Of a stretch of DNA of 64,000 bases, positions 1-12,972 are shown in pieces. The position numbers were made by a program, and so were the translations under genes. The notes beneath the pieces were generated by a model, which was not told the DNA's origin, ran no database searches, and saw only the letters and a program-made list of their open reading frames with translations. The stretch is from Marsupella aquatica (taxonomy: Eukaryota > Plantae > Marchantiophyta), in contig OZ316891.1 of assembly GCA_973895155.1 (NCBI GenBank), positions 28,711,145 to 28,775,144 on the forward strand. Reading direction: 5' to 3'. Position 1 is the stretch's first letter, and every line of letters begins with the position of its first letter.

Positions 1-2403
1 CTCGGCCTGCAGCGTGGCTATCTCTGTCGCGTCCCGCTGGGCTCGCTCCTCGGCCTCCTCCAGGTCTTTCTGCCAGGTGACAGCTTGTTTCTTCAAACTG
101 TCAATCTGGTTCCGGAGTCGTGTAATCTCGGCCTCGTTCCCAGCTTTGGCCTGTTCGGCTAGGGCGGTAAGAGCGTATGCCTTTGCTAACAACTCATCGG
201 CGGTTGCAACCTTGGGTCGTAGTTGCAGAAGCTCAGCCTCTTGAGCCGCCACTTCGTTCTTTAGGTACACGGACTCCACCCGGTACCGCTCTATCCTCTG
301 AAGGGCCTCCGACTGGGCCCGCCCTGCCTTTACGGCGGCAACCAACTCCTAATTGAAGAAACAGGCTACCTTCCGAGCCATGAACTCCCCGGTATCCCGG
401 GCAATTTGATGAGAGAAATCTCCCAGAAGCCCGTTCAGAAACGTACCCTGTACGAAGAGTTCCGGGTGGTCCAAGTTGTGCCTGTCCGGATTTGGGCACG
501 GGCAGACATCAACACGCGCAGGGGCCGGGGCAGTGACGTCCAGCCCTGGGGACATAACGTTGGAAGGGGCCGGAGTATCCTCCTGCAGCGATGTCCGGTT
601 CTCCGGAATTGCCACCGGCGGGTCCTTGGGAGACCCGGGTTCGGGTAAGACCTCTGCCGTACCAACTTCTGTACTTAGCCCGGCTAGTTGGGTCGCATCA
701 ACGGTTGCGACGACCGACCCCTCCGGCGCCTCCTCGGTTACGATTACAGCTATTTGTGGAGGTGGGGTGGGTGAAGCTGGCGTGTCCACTGGACTTCGGG
801 CCTCGGGCTGGGGCCGTCTCTCCAATGCCGGAAAAACCCACCTAGCTGGGACCAGCTTTGTAACGTTGATGCGGGGAAGGGTTCGTCGATCAAACCGGGC
901 GTACCACTCAAGAATGATTTCGATGTGGCTAGCGAAATACGCCTTCCCGCCAATGTACAGCGTCTTCCTTCGCCGCTCCATCTCTTCATGGAATTTCTTA
1001 GCGAAGTACGACGCCCACTTCCTAGGTCGATAGTTCTCGACCTGGATGACCTGGGCGGCGGAGATCTCCCCCCGGGGTTCCATCATGTGGAGAGCGTACC
1101 TCTGGAACTCCAGCCGCTCAGCTATCTCGGGCATGAGGCAGGTCCTCATCACGAACCCGTTGTCTACTGATCCCTCTGAGGGAAAACTTGAAGATTGGTA
1201 CTTGGCCCCCTTGCCCCCGGGAGCCCGTGAGTCGACTCGATGGTCACCTTCGGGTAACCCGAAGATCATCTTGAGCCGTTCTTCTGTGAGGGACATATTC
1301 CTTCCCCGCAGCCGAGTCTGTTGACGTACGTCGTCATAATTCTTGACAAATTCTGTCATGTCCTCCCCGTAGTACCTGCAAGTGTTCCAGGGGAGAGAGG
1401 CGAGGTGCTCAAATCCCTGAGTCTTCAGGTACACCGCATGCTTGGGATGGAGGATGTTGCTGTGAACGTTTTCCCCCATGCGATGCATCGTTACCTTGGC
1501 TACGGCTACCGTGGCCAACGGTAACCCGGATGCACTGGCGGATTCCTTCCTCTTCTTTCCCCGTGACTGACTCGGGGAAGGTGATACTTCCCCATCCTCC
1601 CGATCGGGCCTGGGGAGTGCCACTGCGGTTGGTAACGGGCCCGGGGCGGCCACGGTCACCATGTTGTCTGCTGGGGCCGCTCCTGGGGTCAGAGCAGGGG
1701 GTGGGGACGATATAGTGTCGGCCCCCTGAGCGCTTGTTCCTCTGGGCCGCCTGGTCAAGGGTGGGGTAGCCTCGTCGTCATCGCTAAGATCCACAGCGTT
1801 GATGACGGAGCGTACCTGTGCTGGCTGGGTGATAGGTGGTGGGGTTTGGCTAGGCTGCGGCTGAGGCTGAAGCTGAAGCTGAGGTTGCATGGGCACGGGT
1901 ACGGGTACGGGTACGGGTCCGGCTGAGTTGGTCATGTTGGTTGATGGCCGAGTTCCCATGAAGCTCTGTAGGTGCTGGTAGAAGTTCTCCGAAGCGAGTG
2001 CGGACGCCCTTGTCGAACGGTTGGTACTGGACTCGCCGTTAATGACTGCCCGAACCTGGGCAGGGATGTGGTTGAAGTGATATCGCTGCAGGTCGATTGT
2101 ACCCGGGATATTGAAGACCTCGTCCGGAAGCCGAAGCAATGCTTCCCAGAACCCGATATATTTGTCTCCGTCAAAGAAGTACCCAGATACCTCAGCTGGT
2201 CGGTAAAGCTCGCTCTGAGACGGTTAGTCAAAGTTAAGGACGTAGTGGTGTCGTCCTGCTAGGCGGATGGCTCTCTCGTATTCGCGTTCGATCTCGTATC
2301 GGCGCGGGTTGGCGTGTTTCAATGAATCGGCCAAGTGCCTTCCGGTAGATAGGAACTGCGTCCAGAATCGAATGGCCGAGCTGGAGAGGATCGCGTGCGA
2401 CAT
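1..2403 (-). pseudogene. LTR-embedded extra ORF, 3'-LTR copy (two nonsense codons; runs off the window)
   Basis: ATG at 2403. Stops at ~2224 (TAC>TAA) and ~349 (CAG>TAG) are sense codons in the other LTR copy. Confidence 0.85.
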
Positions 2404-2869
2404 TCAGAGGAGATAGTAGTGGCGACCTAGAGAGAACGAGAGAGCTGGGGTCAAAGCTGGCGCGTGGACTGATGGACTGGTGCACTACAAAGGGTTGGCT
2501 CCCCTTTTATACTTTGAGGGCTTGTCGATCCCCGACGTCTCCTCGACTCCCATAGGTTGAACCGCTCACGCTTGTGGTGTACCGGCCACTCCGCCGGTCT
2601 GAGTCAGCGTGCGTCAGTGGCCGCTTCCTTAAGTTCGTTATACGGACCCGAGGGAGGGGCCCCTCCATGCTCATAACCCGGGTGTGCGAATAGCGACCCG
2701 CCGCCAGCCCAAACCTGAAGTCCCCCTTATTGCCTAATGATGTCCTACCCCTAATGATTACCTAAATACTGTCGTTATGCTAATAATAGCGGCCTAAGAC
2801 CCACCTAACGCGCGTGCCGAGCGCAGTTAGACTGAATCACTCATTAACCGCCGTACCGGCGGCGTCACA
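1..2869 (-). repeat. 3' LTR (partial) of the Ty3/gypsy element
   Basis: About 99% identical by eye to 10098-12972 (roughly 30 substitutions, one 6-bp indel). Begins TG immediately after the purine tract AAGCAGGGAGCTA on the minus strand. Confidence 0.93.
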
Positions 2870-5800
2870 TAGCTCCCTGCTTAATTGTGAAGCGTCCTCG
2901 CGAACATCGCTATCGGCGTCGTCATCTTGATGGTGGTACTTTTTTACACGATCGTAGCTGATTCGCGTGGGGAGTAAATCGCCGGCATACGTCGCAAGCT
3001 CCAAAGATCCGTTTCGGTAGATCTGATTGACAAGGAAGGGCCCCAACCACCGGGTATGCAGCTTCCCTGGAAACTGCATGTACCTACTATCGTACAGAAG
3101 GACTAGATCGCCTGCCACGACGTCGACCCTCCGTAGTCCTTTGTCGTGCTGCTTCTTCGAAGTTGCCTGTTTCTTCACGGTGTGTCGAGCTGCCAGTAGC
3201 CGTGCTTCTTCCAAGGCTTCAATCTGATAAGCTCGGTCTGACAGACTTTCAGATTCAGGTAAGCGATCCCGAATGCTGACCCGTGGAGTGTGCACTTCAA
3301 ATTCGACGGGCACCAACGAATGTTGGCCGAACACCAGAAAGTACGGGCTATGACTCGTAGTAGTTTTGTAAGCTAGATTATACGAGTACACCGCCGCGTA
3401 CAACTTATCATCCCAATCCGTTTTGTGCGCAGCTACAGTTTTGTTGAGGATCTTCCCAATGATACCATTTGCTCTCTCCGCCATCCCGTTGGCTTTAGGA
3501 TGATATGGGGTAGTCTTGCGGTGCTTGACTAGGTAACGCTCCGTAAGCTGGGCTACGGTGTCATTGAGGAAGTGGGTTCCACGGTCGCTTACCAATTCTA
3601 AGGGCGGTCCGAATCGGGTGAAAATCTGTTCGTATAAGAATCTGGCACTGGTTGCGGCATCGTCCTTTACCGTAGCCCGCGCTTCGACCCATTTGGTGGA
3701 GTAATCAATAGCTAATAGGATGTACCTGCACCTTCACCTTCGGGTAACGGGAGTGAACGGTCCGATATAATCAATTCCCCATTTTTCGAATGGTGCCAAT
3801 GGAAGCACAGATGTGAGCGGGTGATGATGAGCCCGCCTCGGGGCCCCCGCTCGCTGACACAAGTCACAGCCCTTAATGAAGCGCTGTACATCCCGATGCA
3901 ACGTAGGCCACCAATACCCCGAGTCCAGAATCTTTCGGGCTGTCGTAACTGCCGCGAAATGGCCTCCAGCTTCTTCTTCATGCAGGGCCCGTATCACGAT
4001 AAGTGTCTCCTTATACTCTAAGCAGCGTCGTAACTTTCCGTTAATACCTTCCTTATGTAGGTGACCCTGTATCATGACGTAAGGCCCGGCTTTCCGTAAA
4101 AACACAGCGGCGGCCTCCTGATTGATGCCGTCAGGGATGCGGCCCGTTAAAAGGAAGGTGATTATTGAGCCGTACCACGTTGGTGTCCCTTCCCCTACGT
4201 GGAACAACTCCTCATCCGGAAAAATATCATCAATTGGCTGATCGACTGGTACGCCGTCCAGTCGTGAAAAGAAATCGGCATTGAGGTGTACCCTTCCTGG
4301 CCGAACCCGAACTTCGTAATTAAATTCCTGGAGAAGTAGCACCCACCGGGCTATCCGTCCTGTCACATCCGCTTTGTTGACCATGTACTTCAGGCTATCA
4401 TGATCCGTGTGGAAAATGACCTTGTAGCCTAGCAGATAGTGTCGGAACTTTTTACACGAGTAGATTATTCCCAAAGCTTCTCGATCAGTGGGGGAATAAT
4501 TCTTTTCGGCTGCAAATAGTTGACGGCTAGCGAAATAGATGGGGTGATCACGTCCATCCTCCTCTAGCTGACTAAGTACGGATCCGATACAGAACCCTGA
4601 CACATCGACATACACGTGGAACTCCTTATTCCAGTCTGGGGTGACCATGATAGGCGCGGTGGTGAGTCGTTTACGGAGTTCCTCAAAAGCAATCCGTCTC
4701 CGGGGTGTTTCCTTGACCACTGCATCCTTCTTCATCATCTCAGTTAAGGGCAACGCAATTTTAGCAAAGTCTTTAATGAACCGGCGGTAATACCCTACGC
4801 AGCCCAAGAAGGATCGTACTGCTTTTTGATCCAAGGGGAACACCACCGCCATCCAGGCCGCAACTTTCTCTTGGTCCACCTCAATGCCCCGTTTGGACAC
4901 ACGATGCCCGAGTAACACCCCCTCCTCTACCCCGAAGAAGCATTTGGCGGGATGTAGTTTGAGGTTAACATCTCGGCATCGTTGCAACGTTCGTCGTAGG
5001 TGTTCGGGGTGCATGGCAACGGTTCCGAAGATGGCAAAGTCATCGATAAATATCTCCAAAAATTCCCGTAGGAAATCGTGGAAGATATTCATCATAAGGT
5101 GCTGAAACATAGCCGGGGCGTTACACAGACCAAAAGGCATCCTCCGAAATGCGAATGTTCCCCACTCCGTAGTGAACGTTGTTTTGAGCTGATCCGCGAG
5201 ACGAATCCAGATTTGGTTATAACCTGAATACCCGTCAAGAAATGTATAGATTTCATTTCGGGCCACCATATCTAGAACCATATCCGTGAATGGTAATGGG
5301 TAATGGTCTTTTCGGGTTGCGTCATTCAGCTTACGGTAGTCCTGACAGATACGAATCTTAGGTTTTCCATCCGTACCTTCCTTCTTTGGTACAATGACAA
5401 TGGGAGAGACCCAGTCGCTGGCCATTACCGGGTAAATGATATCGGCGGTGAGGAGATGATCAATTTCCTCCTTCACTAAGATGGAGTACCTCGGATTCAT
5501 GCGACGTTGTCGCTGTCGTACCGCATGGGCTCCTAGGTTCAGATCGATTGTGTGTTCTCCCAACTCGGGGGAGACGCCTGTTAAATCATGATGACTCCAT
5601 GCAAACACATCTTCATATTCCTTGAGCAAAGCTTGGATGGCTTTTTCAGCCTTCCCCGTCAAAGCGTGGCCCAGGTTAAAAGATTTGTCCATCCCAATAG
5701 TGTACTTCCGGTAGTGCTCCTTCCTGATGACTTCAACCTGGTTTCGCAGACTCGGGTCCAGGCTCGCGTCAAGCTCAGCTAACCGAACCCCTCCGTACAT

Positions 5801-8800
5801 GGGTGGGACCGGGATTGGTCTCGGGATGGGGTTTACTTCCTCCAATTGCGGAATGGACGGATCCCATGAGACTCGCTTTTTATGTCTCGGTCTTGAGTTT
5901 TCGGCCTCAGGCGGTTGTTGGGCTGGTTCATGGTTACAAGGCTCTGAAATGGAAGGAGTAGCCACGGCTCCCTGCTTGGCTGGAGCCGTGTCCTCCGTCT
6001 CGACGAGTTGTTCGTGCGTTTCCTCATCCCCGACAGTAGATGTACTTGGGGTGGACTCAATGGCAGCCCTCGGGTAATTTAGGAGATGTGTTTCTCGGGT
6101 TGCTTCAACTCCGAAGACATCTTCCTCGGATAGGGACGAGATGAGTTCGATCATATTGAGTTCCTCTTCCTCCGAGGTCTCCGAATCATATTCCTCGGGT
6201 CCTTGTGGGGTTTCTCCCTGATAATCGTCCATTGCCCAGGATACCCGTACGGTGGGTTCCCCGAACCGTAGCTCCTTCTTTCCCCAATCCGTGACTACAC
6301 GGCCACCGTACAGCCACGGCCTGCCCAGAAGAACCGGATAAGAGGAGGGACGAACCGGCCTCATGACTAAGAAGTTGAGATAGAACTCTACCCCTCCCAC
6401 CAGAGTGAGCACTCGTGTGAGCGTGCCTAATGGGAGGACCCTTGCCCCGTTTGCTAATCTGATAGCTCGGGCCGTGGGTTGATACGTGAGGTATCCTAAC
6501 TTGACTGACGTTTCTTCAGTCATGATGTTGACTCCCGCTCCTCCGTCTACAAGGACCATCTTGATGGTACAGTTATTAATTTCGATCGAGATGTCCGGCG
6601 CTCCAAGGTCCTCGCATATCATGTTGCAGTCCGCACTCCCAACTCGGGGTAGTCTTCTCCTTCGGCGACCCATGAGCAACTCCCTTAGTTGTCGTCTGTA
6701 CTGTGGGTTGTTCTGCAGCAGTTGCCCCACCGTCGCTGTAACCGGGCAACTCTTCACGTCCTCCTTAATATCATAGTCCTCCTTTGTTTCTTTCGTTGGC
6801 TGCTGCTTGGCTTCCTCTTGTTTATCTTGCTTTTCTTGCTCCTGACGCCGGGCTGTCTCGGCTGCTTTGATGTCCTTATTGATTGCCTTCTGGTATTCCC
6901 AAGCTTCGTAAGCCTCCAGCTGTTTCTTTACCAATTCTTCGATGCGGGGGAAAAATAGCTTCGGGTCGTCCCGTCGGTAGTCATCGTCCTTTTCCGGGGG
7001 TATATTTATCGCTGGCTGCACCGGAGTAGTATCTTGCTTTTTCCTCCGTTTCTCCTCCGTCTTTTCTTCCTTCCGTTCGGCCCTTGTCGACACTCGGTAG
7101 CACTCGGCCTCATCCAATGGATTAGGGTGTTCCGCCACGTCCACCAGATTCACCCACTCGGTGTTGTCATCTTGCCATTCTACAGCAATCATTTGGACGA
7201 CTGCATCGCTCGTGACTGGTCCAGCCTGGGCCGGTCTAGCCGCACTCGTTCGAGCAGCGATTAGCAACGGACAGTTGGCCGTGGAATGAGCCTCCGTTTT
7301 GCAAACTTGACATAGTGGGGTGCCTCGGCCATCTCCCTGACGTCTTGGTTCGGTGCATTCCCTCGCAAAGTGTCCTGGCTTTTCACAGTTGTAACAAACC
7401 GGGGACCGCCAAATCCCTGGCTTAGGAGGGATGCTCGGGTTACTGATAACCTGGAAACTCCAGCCATTACTTGGGTAGGGGTACGCAGTTCTACCCGCTA
7501 AATTACGCGGACCAACCGTTGAAATCTGGTACACGGAATCAGGAGGGTCCTCAAAGAAATACTCCGTGGACTCCGATTCGGGGCCCGGGTTGTCAACATC
7601 ATCCAGCTCTACTTGGTGAACTCGGTTCTTCCACCTTGGGCATTCCTGCACCACATGGCCGGATTGGAAGCACTTTGAACACCACGCATGGGCTCGAATC
7701 TCAGATGGCTTCTTCTTCTCCACCGGCTTCTCCGCAAGATGTACTGACAGTGCTTTGAGTCGATCCGTGATTTCGTTCAGCTTGTCTGCTTCGGCAGCCT
7801 TTGGATCTGGTATCGTTCTTCGCGCCCGGGGTTTAATCTTCCCCTCCTTCTTCACTCGTCTCTTCTTCTTTTTGCTCCGGCTTTTGCTCTCCAAGTCACT
7901 TCCTGATGAACTGGAGGTAGAGGATCCGATGCTTGAAGCTGAATCCGAACTGGATTCCGTCTCGGAGCTGGACGAGGTCGAACGATGTTTCTTCTTCTTC
8001 TTCCGTTTCTTCTTCCTCTCGTCGTCCGATTCGGAGTCACTGTCACTGAAGGTTTCGTACTTACCCTTCCTGCGGCGTGCTCGTTGGCTCCGCCGGGAGT
8101 TATAGGTGGACTCCCGGTAAGTTTCGGCGCACGCTATGGCTGCCTGCATTGAAATTGGATTATTCTGGCGTACCCAGAATTGCATATTCGTGGGCAAACC
8201 ATGAAGGAACCATGTAAGCTGGAGCGCGTCTCCTGGCCTGGGCCGGATCTTGGCCGCAAGTTTCTGAAACTTCTGAATGAACTTCCGCAGGGACTCTTTT
8301 TTTCCCATGCGAAGCTGGCCAATCTTTAATAGAGAACGTTGTTCTGATCCAATGGCATGAAACTCCTGCAGCAATGCAGCTTGGAATTGTGCCCAGGTAG
8401 TCCCGGGTGGTAACGAGTTGTACCATGGACGAGCTTCTCCCCGCATTACTCCTGGGAGGACGGTTAGCTTAATGGCGTCTTCCCCATTAGCTTTAGCAGT
8501 GGCTTCAAACTCATCCAACCATTCATCCGGATCATCCCCATGACGCCCTTTGAAAGGTCGATAATGAAATCGCGATCGTTGCGATATTTGTGGAGGCGCC
8601 TGAGCAGCGCGGGCCACCGGTGGAGCGGCTGCCATAGGTGGTGGTGGTGGTGGTGGTGGTGGTGGAACCGCAGCAGGGCCGGTCGAACCGGACCCCGAAG
8701 ATCCCGGGGGTATGTTCATACGTTGGGACGATTGCGAGTCCTCCAATCCCGACGAGTCGGAGCTTGTTGTGGTTGCACTTTCTCGTTCGCTGGTCAATCT

Positions 8801-8836
8801 CCTCAAGTAAGCTGCTTGAGAACGAGTGACGGGCAT
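2837..8836 (-). pseudogene. gag-pol polyprotein (~2000 codons, one in-frame TGA at 3734-3736)
   Basis: Retrotrans-gag region, three CCHC knuckles (CSKC..GH..EC, CYNC..GH..EC, CQVC..AH..NC), protease VLVDGGA, RT (CQDYRKLN, LDGYSGYNQI, FIDD), RNase H (YVDVS, TDHDSL, ADFFSR), integrase HHCC + WGID / SDRG / NGMAER and a GPF module. The stop codon lies inside the 3' LTR. Confidence 0.95.
2870..2882 (-). promoter_or_regulatory. Polypurine tract
   Basis: AAGCAGGGAGCTA abutting the TG start of the 3' LTR. Confidence 0.65.
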
Positions 8837-8929
8837 TTACTCATATAAATGCAATGGTTAGTACTACGTCCTGATGTATCCTGCCTAGGTGAATACGCAC
8901 ATGTCTCCCCTCTACGATATGTAGAGTGC

Positions 8930-8947
8930 CCCCTCCATCTAGCGCCA
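8930..8947 (-). promoter_or_regulatory. Primer binding site, probably tRNA-Asn
   Basis: TGGCGCTAGATGGAGGGG is complementary to the plant tRNA-Asn 3' end (CCCCTCCTTCTAGCGCCA, recalled from memory) with one mismatch. It lies ~12 nt downstream of the LTR end. Confidence 0.75.
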
Positions 8948-8959
8948 AAACAAAGGCTA

Positions 8960-11900
8960 TGTCACGTCGTAGGCTTCGGCCTTAACTCAGACTTCAGCTT
9001 AGACGGGCACATCCCTCGTAAATCTGAGGGTTCGGGCAGGAAGGGAAGCACGTAATGCACCTTATTCTCGTAAACTAGCGCTAAGTGCGCATACTGCTAA
9101 ATACGGACACCTCCTAGGTATGGTTTGTGTTCCGCTGCCGGAACGTACCCTAGTCGATAGCAGGATCGACCCCGGCTTAAGGGCTTCTAAGCCTTCGTGC
9201 TGTCCGCCTTCGATCCGGATTCGATGATACAGGTCCTCAACCCGTGCTTGCAACCACTTACCCGCAGGCTGCACCCTGTGCACGTCTCGGGTAGTGCGTT
9301 CGGCCCGGCGCTGCCACCCATATACGAGAAACCCACACACATATGCGCACACATGCATACAATCTCGATTTACACGAAGGAAAAATGATGGGAAAGGATT
9401 TTTACTACAAAGGGAACATATGCGTACACTTAGTTGACACGACAGCCCTGGAATGCACAGGTTCAAGGCCAAGGGTGCACACTACAACGGAGCCCGGCTC
9501 CGCACTCGCCCGGCAAGCTTAGTCCTACCCCCTCCCCTTGGTACTCTGTCATTCCCAGAGGTCGGGACTCCCCGCATGTCCCGCGGATATCCGACTCTGA
9601 AACTAAAAACCCCCCTGCCTCTACCGAGGGGTGCACTAAATACTAAGAGCCGAGGAACGGGGTGTCCTCCCGCCGAAGATTCGCTGACCAAGGTCCTAAC
9701 TAAGCTGACAGTCAGGCCGGAAAATGGCTGTGTCTTATTAGAAGATCCTAATCTATGCAGGCTGGACAGCAGGGCAGCGCTGCCGTACCTAAGGCAGGTG
9801 CCTGTCCCAAGAGCCTGACTAAGCCAATCCTAATCCTAATCTATTCCTACTCCGCCGCTAATGCCTGGCACGCTTGCCAGAGCCGCCCGAATGGGAACGG
9901 CCATCCCGCTGCCTTCGAAGCCTGTCATTGTCCGCTTTGAGGAGCTGGACCTGGTCCAGCAGAGATTCGTTCTCTCGCCTCGCCGCGTCCGTCTCCTCTG
10001 CTGCCTCCTGACATGCCTCCTCCAGCTGCTGGGCGTCGCTCGCCAGTTTACTCGCCAGCTGGTCCTGCTTCTCGGCCTCGGTTTGGAGCCGCGCCATCTC
10101 GGCCTGCAGCGTGGCTATCTCCGTCGCGTCCCGCTGGGCTCGCTCCTCGGCCTCCTCCAGGTCTTTCTGCCAGGTGACAGCTTGTTTCTTCAAACTGTCA
10201 ATCTGGTTCCGGAGTCGTGTAATCTCGGCCTCGTTCCCAGCTTTGGCCTGTTCGGCTAGGGCGGTAAGAGCGTATGCCTTTGCTAACAACTCATCGGCGG
10301 CTACAACCTTGGGTCGTAGTTGCAGAAGCTCAGCCTCTTGAGCCGCCACTTCGTTCTTTAGGTACACGGACTCCACCCGGTACCGCTCTATCCTCTGAAG
10401 GGCCTCCGACCTGGCCCGCCCTGCCTTTACGGCGGCAACCAACTCCTGATTGAAGAAATAGGCTACCTTTCGAGCCATGAACTCCCCGGTATCCCGGGCA
10501 ATTTGATGAGAGAAATCTCCCAGAAGCCCGTTCAGAAACGTACCCTGTACGAAGAGTTCCGGGTGGTCCAAGTTGTGCCTGTCCGGATTTGGGTACGGGC
10601 AGACATCAACACGCGCAGGGGCCGGGGTAGTGACGTCCAGCCCTGGGGACATAACGTTGGAAGGGGCCGGAGTATCCTCCTGCAGCGATGTCCGGTTCTC
10701 CGGAATTGCCACCGGCGGGTCCTTGGGAGACCCGGGTTCGGGTAAGACCTCTGCCGTACCAACTTCTGTACTTAGCCCGGCTAGTTGGGTCGCATCAATG
10801 GTTGCGACGACCGACCCCTCCGGCGCCTCCTCGGTTACGATTACAGCTATTTGTGGAGGTGGGGTGGGTGAAGCTGGCGTGTCCACTGGACTTCGGGCCT
10901 CGGGTTGGGGCCGTCTCTCCAATGCCGGAAAAACCCACCTAGCTGGGACCAGCTTTGTAACGTTGATGCGGGGAAGGGTTCGTCGATCAAACCGGGCGTA
11001 CCACTCAAGAATGATTTCGATGTGGCTAGCGAAATACGCCTTCCCGCCAATGTACAGCGTCTTCCTTCGCCGCTCCATCTCTTCATGGAATTTCTTAGCG
11101 AAGTACGACGCCCACTTCCTAGGTCAATAGTTCTCGACCTGGATGACCTGGGCGGCGGAGATCTCCCCCCGGGGTTCCATCATGTGGAGAGCGTACCTCT
11201 GGAACTCCAGCCGCTCAGCTATCTCGGGCATGAGGCAGGTCCTCATCACGAACCCGTTGTCTACTGATCCCTCTGAGGGAAAACTTGAAGATTGGTACTT
11301 GGCCCCCTTGCCCCCGGGAGCCCGTGATTCGACCCGATGGTCACCTTCGGGTAACCCGAAGATCATCTTGAGCCGTTCCTCTGTGAGGGACATATTCCTT
11401 CCCCGCAGCCGAGTCTGTTGACGTACGTCGTCATAATTCTTGACGAATTCTGTCATGTCCTCCCCGTAGTACCTGCAAGTGTTCCAGGGGAGAGAGGCGA
11501 GGTGCTCAAATCCCTGAGTCTTCAGGTACACCGCATGCTTGGGATGGAGGATGTTGCTGTGAACGTTTTCCCCCATGCGATGCATCGTTACCTTGGCTAC
11601 GGCTACCGTGGCCAACGGTAACCCGGATGCACTGGCGGATTCCTTCCTCTTCTTTCCCCGTGATTGACTCGGGGAAGGTGATACTTCCCCATCCTCCCGA
11701 TCGGGCCTGGGGAGTGCCACTGCGGTTGGTAACGGGCCCGGGGCGGCCACGGTCACCATGTTGTCTGCTGGGGCCGCTCCTGGGGTCAGAGCAGGGGGTG
11801 GGGACGATATAGTGTCGGCCCCCCGAGCGCTTGTTCCTCTGGGCCGCCTGGTCAAGGGTGGGGTAGCCTCGTCGTCATCGCTAAGATCCACAGCGTTGAT

Positions 11901-12972
11901 GATGGAGCGTACCTGTGCTGGCTGGGTGATAGGTGGTGGGGTTTGGCTAGGCTGCGGCTGAGGCTGAAGCTGAAGCTGAGGTTGCATGGGCACGGGTACG
12001 GGTACGGGTACGGGTCCGGGTCCGGCTGAGTTGGTCATGTTGGTTGATGGCCGAGTTCCCATGAAGCTCTGTAGGTGCTGGTAGAAGTTCTCCGAAGCGA
12101 GTGCGGACGCCCTTGTCGAACGGTTGGTACTGGACTCGCCGTTAATGACTGCCCGAACCTGGGCAGGGATGTGGTCGAAGTGATGTCGCTGCAGGTCGAT
12201 TGTACCCGGGATATTGAAGACCTCGTCCGGAAGCCGAAGCAATGCTTCCCAGAACCCGATATATTTGTCTCCGTCAAAGAAGTACCCAGATACCTCAGCT
12301 GGTCGGTAAAGCTCGCTCTGAGACGGGTAGTCAAAGTTAAGGACATAGTGGTGTCGTCCTGCTAGGCGGATGGCTCTCTCGTATTCGCGTTTGATCTCGT
12401 ATTGGCGCGGGTTGGCGTGTTTCAATGAATCGGCCAAGTGCCTTCCGGTAGATAGGAACTGCGTCCAGAATCGAATGGCCGAGCTGGAGAGGATCGCGTG
12501 CGACATTCAGAGGAGATAGTAGTGGCGACCTAGAGAGAACGAGAGAGCTGGGGTCAAAGCTGGCGCGCGGACTGATGGACTGGTGCACTACAAAGGGTTG
12601 GCTCCCCTTTTATACTTTGAGGGCTTGTCGATCCCCGACGTCTCCTCGACGCCCATAGGTTGAACCGCTCACGCTTGTGGTGTACCGGCCACTCCGCCGG
12701 TCTGAGTCAGCGTGCGTCAGTGGCCGCTTCCTTAAGTTCGTTATACGGACCCGAGGGAGGGGCCCCTCCATGCTCATAACCCGGGTGTGCGAATAGCGAC
12801 CCGCCGCCAGCCCGAACCTGAAGTCCCCCTTATTGCCTAATGATGTCCTACCCCTAATGATTATCTAAATACTGTCGTTATGCTAATAATAGCGGCCTAA
12901 GACCCACCTAACGCGCGTGCCGAGCGCAGTTAGACTGAATCACTCATTAACCGCCGTACCGGCGGCGTCACA
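8960..12972 (-). repeat. 5' LTR, 4013 bp
   Basis: TG...CA termini with 8/10 inverted match (TGTGACGCCG / TGTCACGTCG), followed by the PBS and duplicated at 1-2869. Confidence 0.9.
9858..12506 (-). pseudogene. LTR-embedded extra ORF, 882 aa (one premature TGA at 11124-11126): Pro-rich disordered region, globular plant-transposon domain, C-terminal coiled coil and basic tail
   Basis: ORFs 11124..12506 and 9858..11078 are in frame; the stop is CGA in the other LTR. Same strand as gag-pol. Confidence 0.88.

Larger units (their letters stand above)
1..12972 (-). mobile_element. Ty3/gypsy LTR retrotransposon (non-chromovirus, Athila/Phygy-like RT) with ~4-kb gene-containing LTRs; the 3' LTR runs off the left edge of the window
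   Basis: Direct repeat 1-2869 = 10098-12972. LTR starts TGTGACGCCG on the minus strand and ends CGACGTGACA at 8960. PBS and PPT present. Domain order gag-PR-RT-RH-INT, no chromodomain. TSD cannot be checked because one end is outside the window. Confidence 0.95.

Noticed and set aside
3734-3736. Programmed stop-codon readthrough in pol
   Set aside because: The stop lies inside the integrase core rather than at a gag/pol boundary; most simply a point mutation.
14-12365. Numerous plus-strand ORFs of 60-185 aa
   Set aside because: Antisense shadows of GC-rich retroelement coding sequence, with no recognisable motifs.
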